A stretch of DNA of 64,000 nt, from positions 57,784,001 through 57,848,000 of the forward strand of contig OZ024747.1 of the NCBI GenBank assembly GCA_964016885.1, read 5' to 3'. The notes under the pieces were generated by a model. That model ran no database searches and was not told the origin of the DNA. It saw nothing but the letters and a program-made list of their open reading frames with translations. Shown here piece after piece: positions 63,659 to 64,000 of this stretch. The stretch comes from Eledone cirrhosa. Lineage: Eukaryota. The translations under genes and the position numbers were made by a program. The stretch's first letter is position 1; each line of letters begins with the position of its first letter.

Positions 63659-64000
63659 TATATATATATATATATACATATTATATTTTGTATATATAAC
63701 TTGATTTTAACTTTGATACCTTTGATAGGTTTAGGACAGTATTGGCCCAGGCCCTGTCTAACTTAATAGCACCGCCCGGTGAAGTCTTTAAAATCAGGAT
63801 TTGGACACCATGACACACTCAAGAAGGAGGTTATATCGGGGAGCAGGGGGTTTATCCGGGGTTTCTTGAAAGAATTTGTCCAATGATTTCTTGAACTTTA
63901 TGGGGTGTGTTTCTGTTTTAATGTGTTTTGGTGTAATGTTAAAGAGAGCCAATTGAAATGAAATAATTGTGCCGTAATGTTGTTATGAGATGCGAGTGTG

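Overview
Eukaryotic, very AT-rich, microsatellite-saturated DNA, intergenic or intronic. It resembles a coleoid cephalopod (octopus-like) genome, an inference from the (TA)n/(CA)n density and the SINE types. I could not identify a host protein-coding gene. Almost all ORFs in the track are translations of (TA)n/(CA)n/(GA)n repeats. The recognisable coding content is retroelement debris: two Penelope-like (PLE, Naiad-type) GIY-YIG elements with inverted terminal repeats (930-2290, 60062-61825), two R4/Dong-type RT plus restriction-like-endonuclease LINEs next to (TAA)n (38615-44037), and short RTE, CRE and mariner remnants. About 13 copies of one tRNA-derived SINE are present, plus a 48-bp minisatellite and a ~116-bp satellite. 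The main hidden signal is a set of short non-coding inserts in (TA)n tracts, from roughly eight sequence families. They carry type I hammerhead-ribozyme motifs (CUGANGA...GAAA-helix III, often palindromic-UH) and very often form fold-back palindromes whose axis lies at or beside the ribozyme. All coordinates were read by eye and may be off by a few bases.
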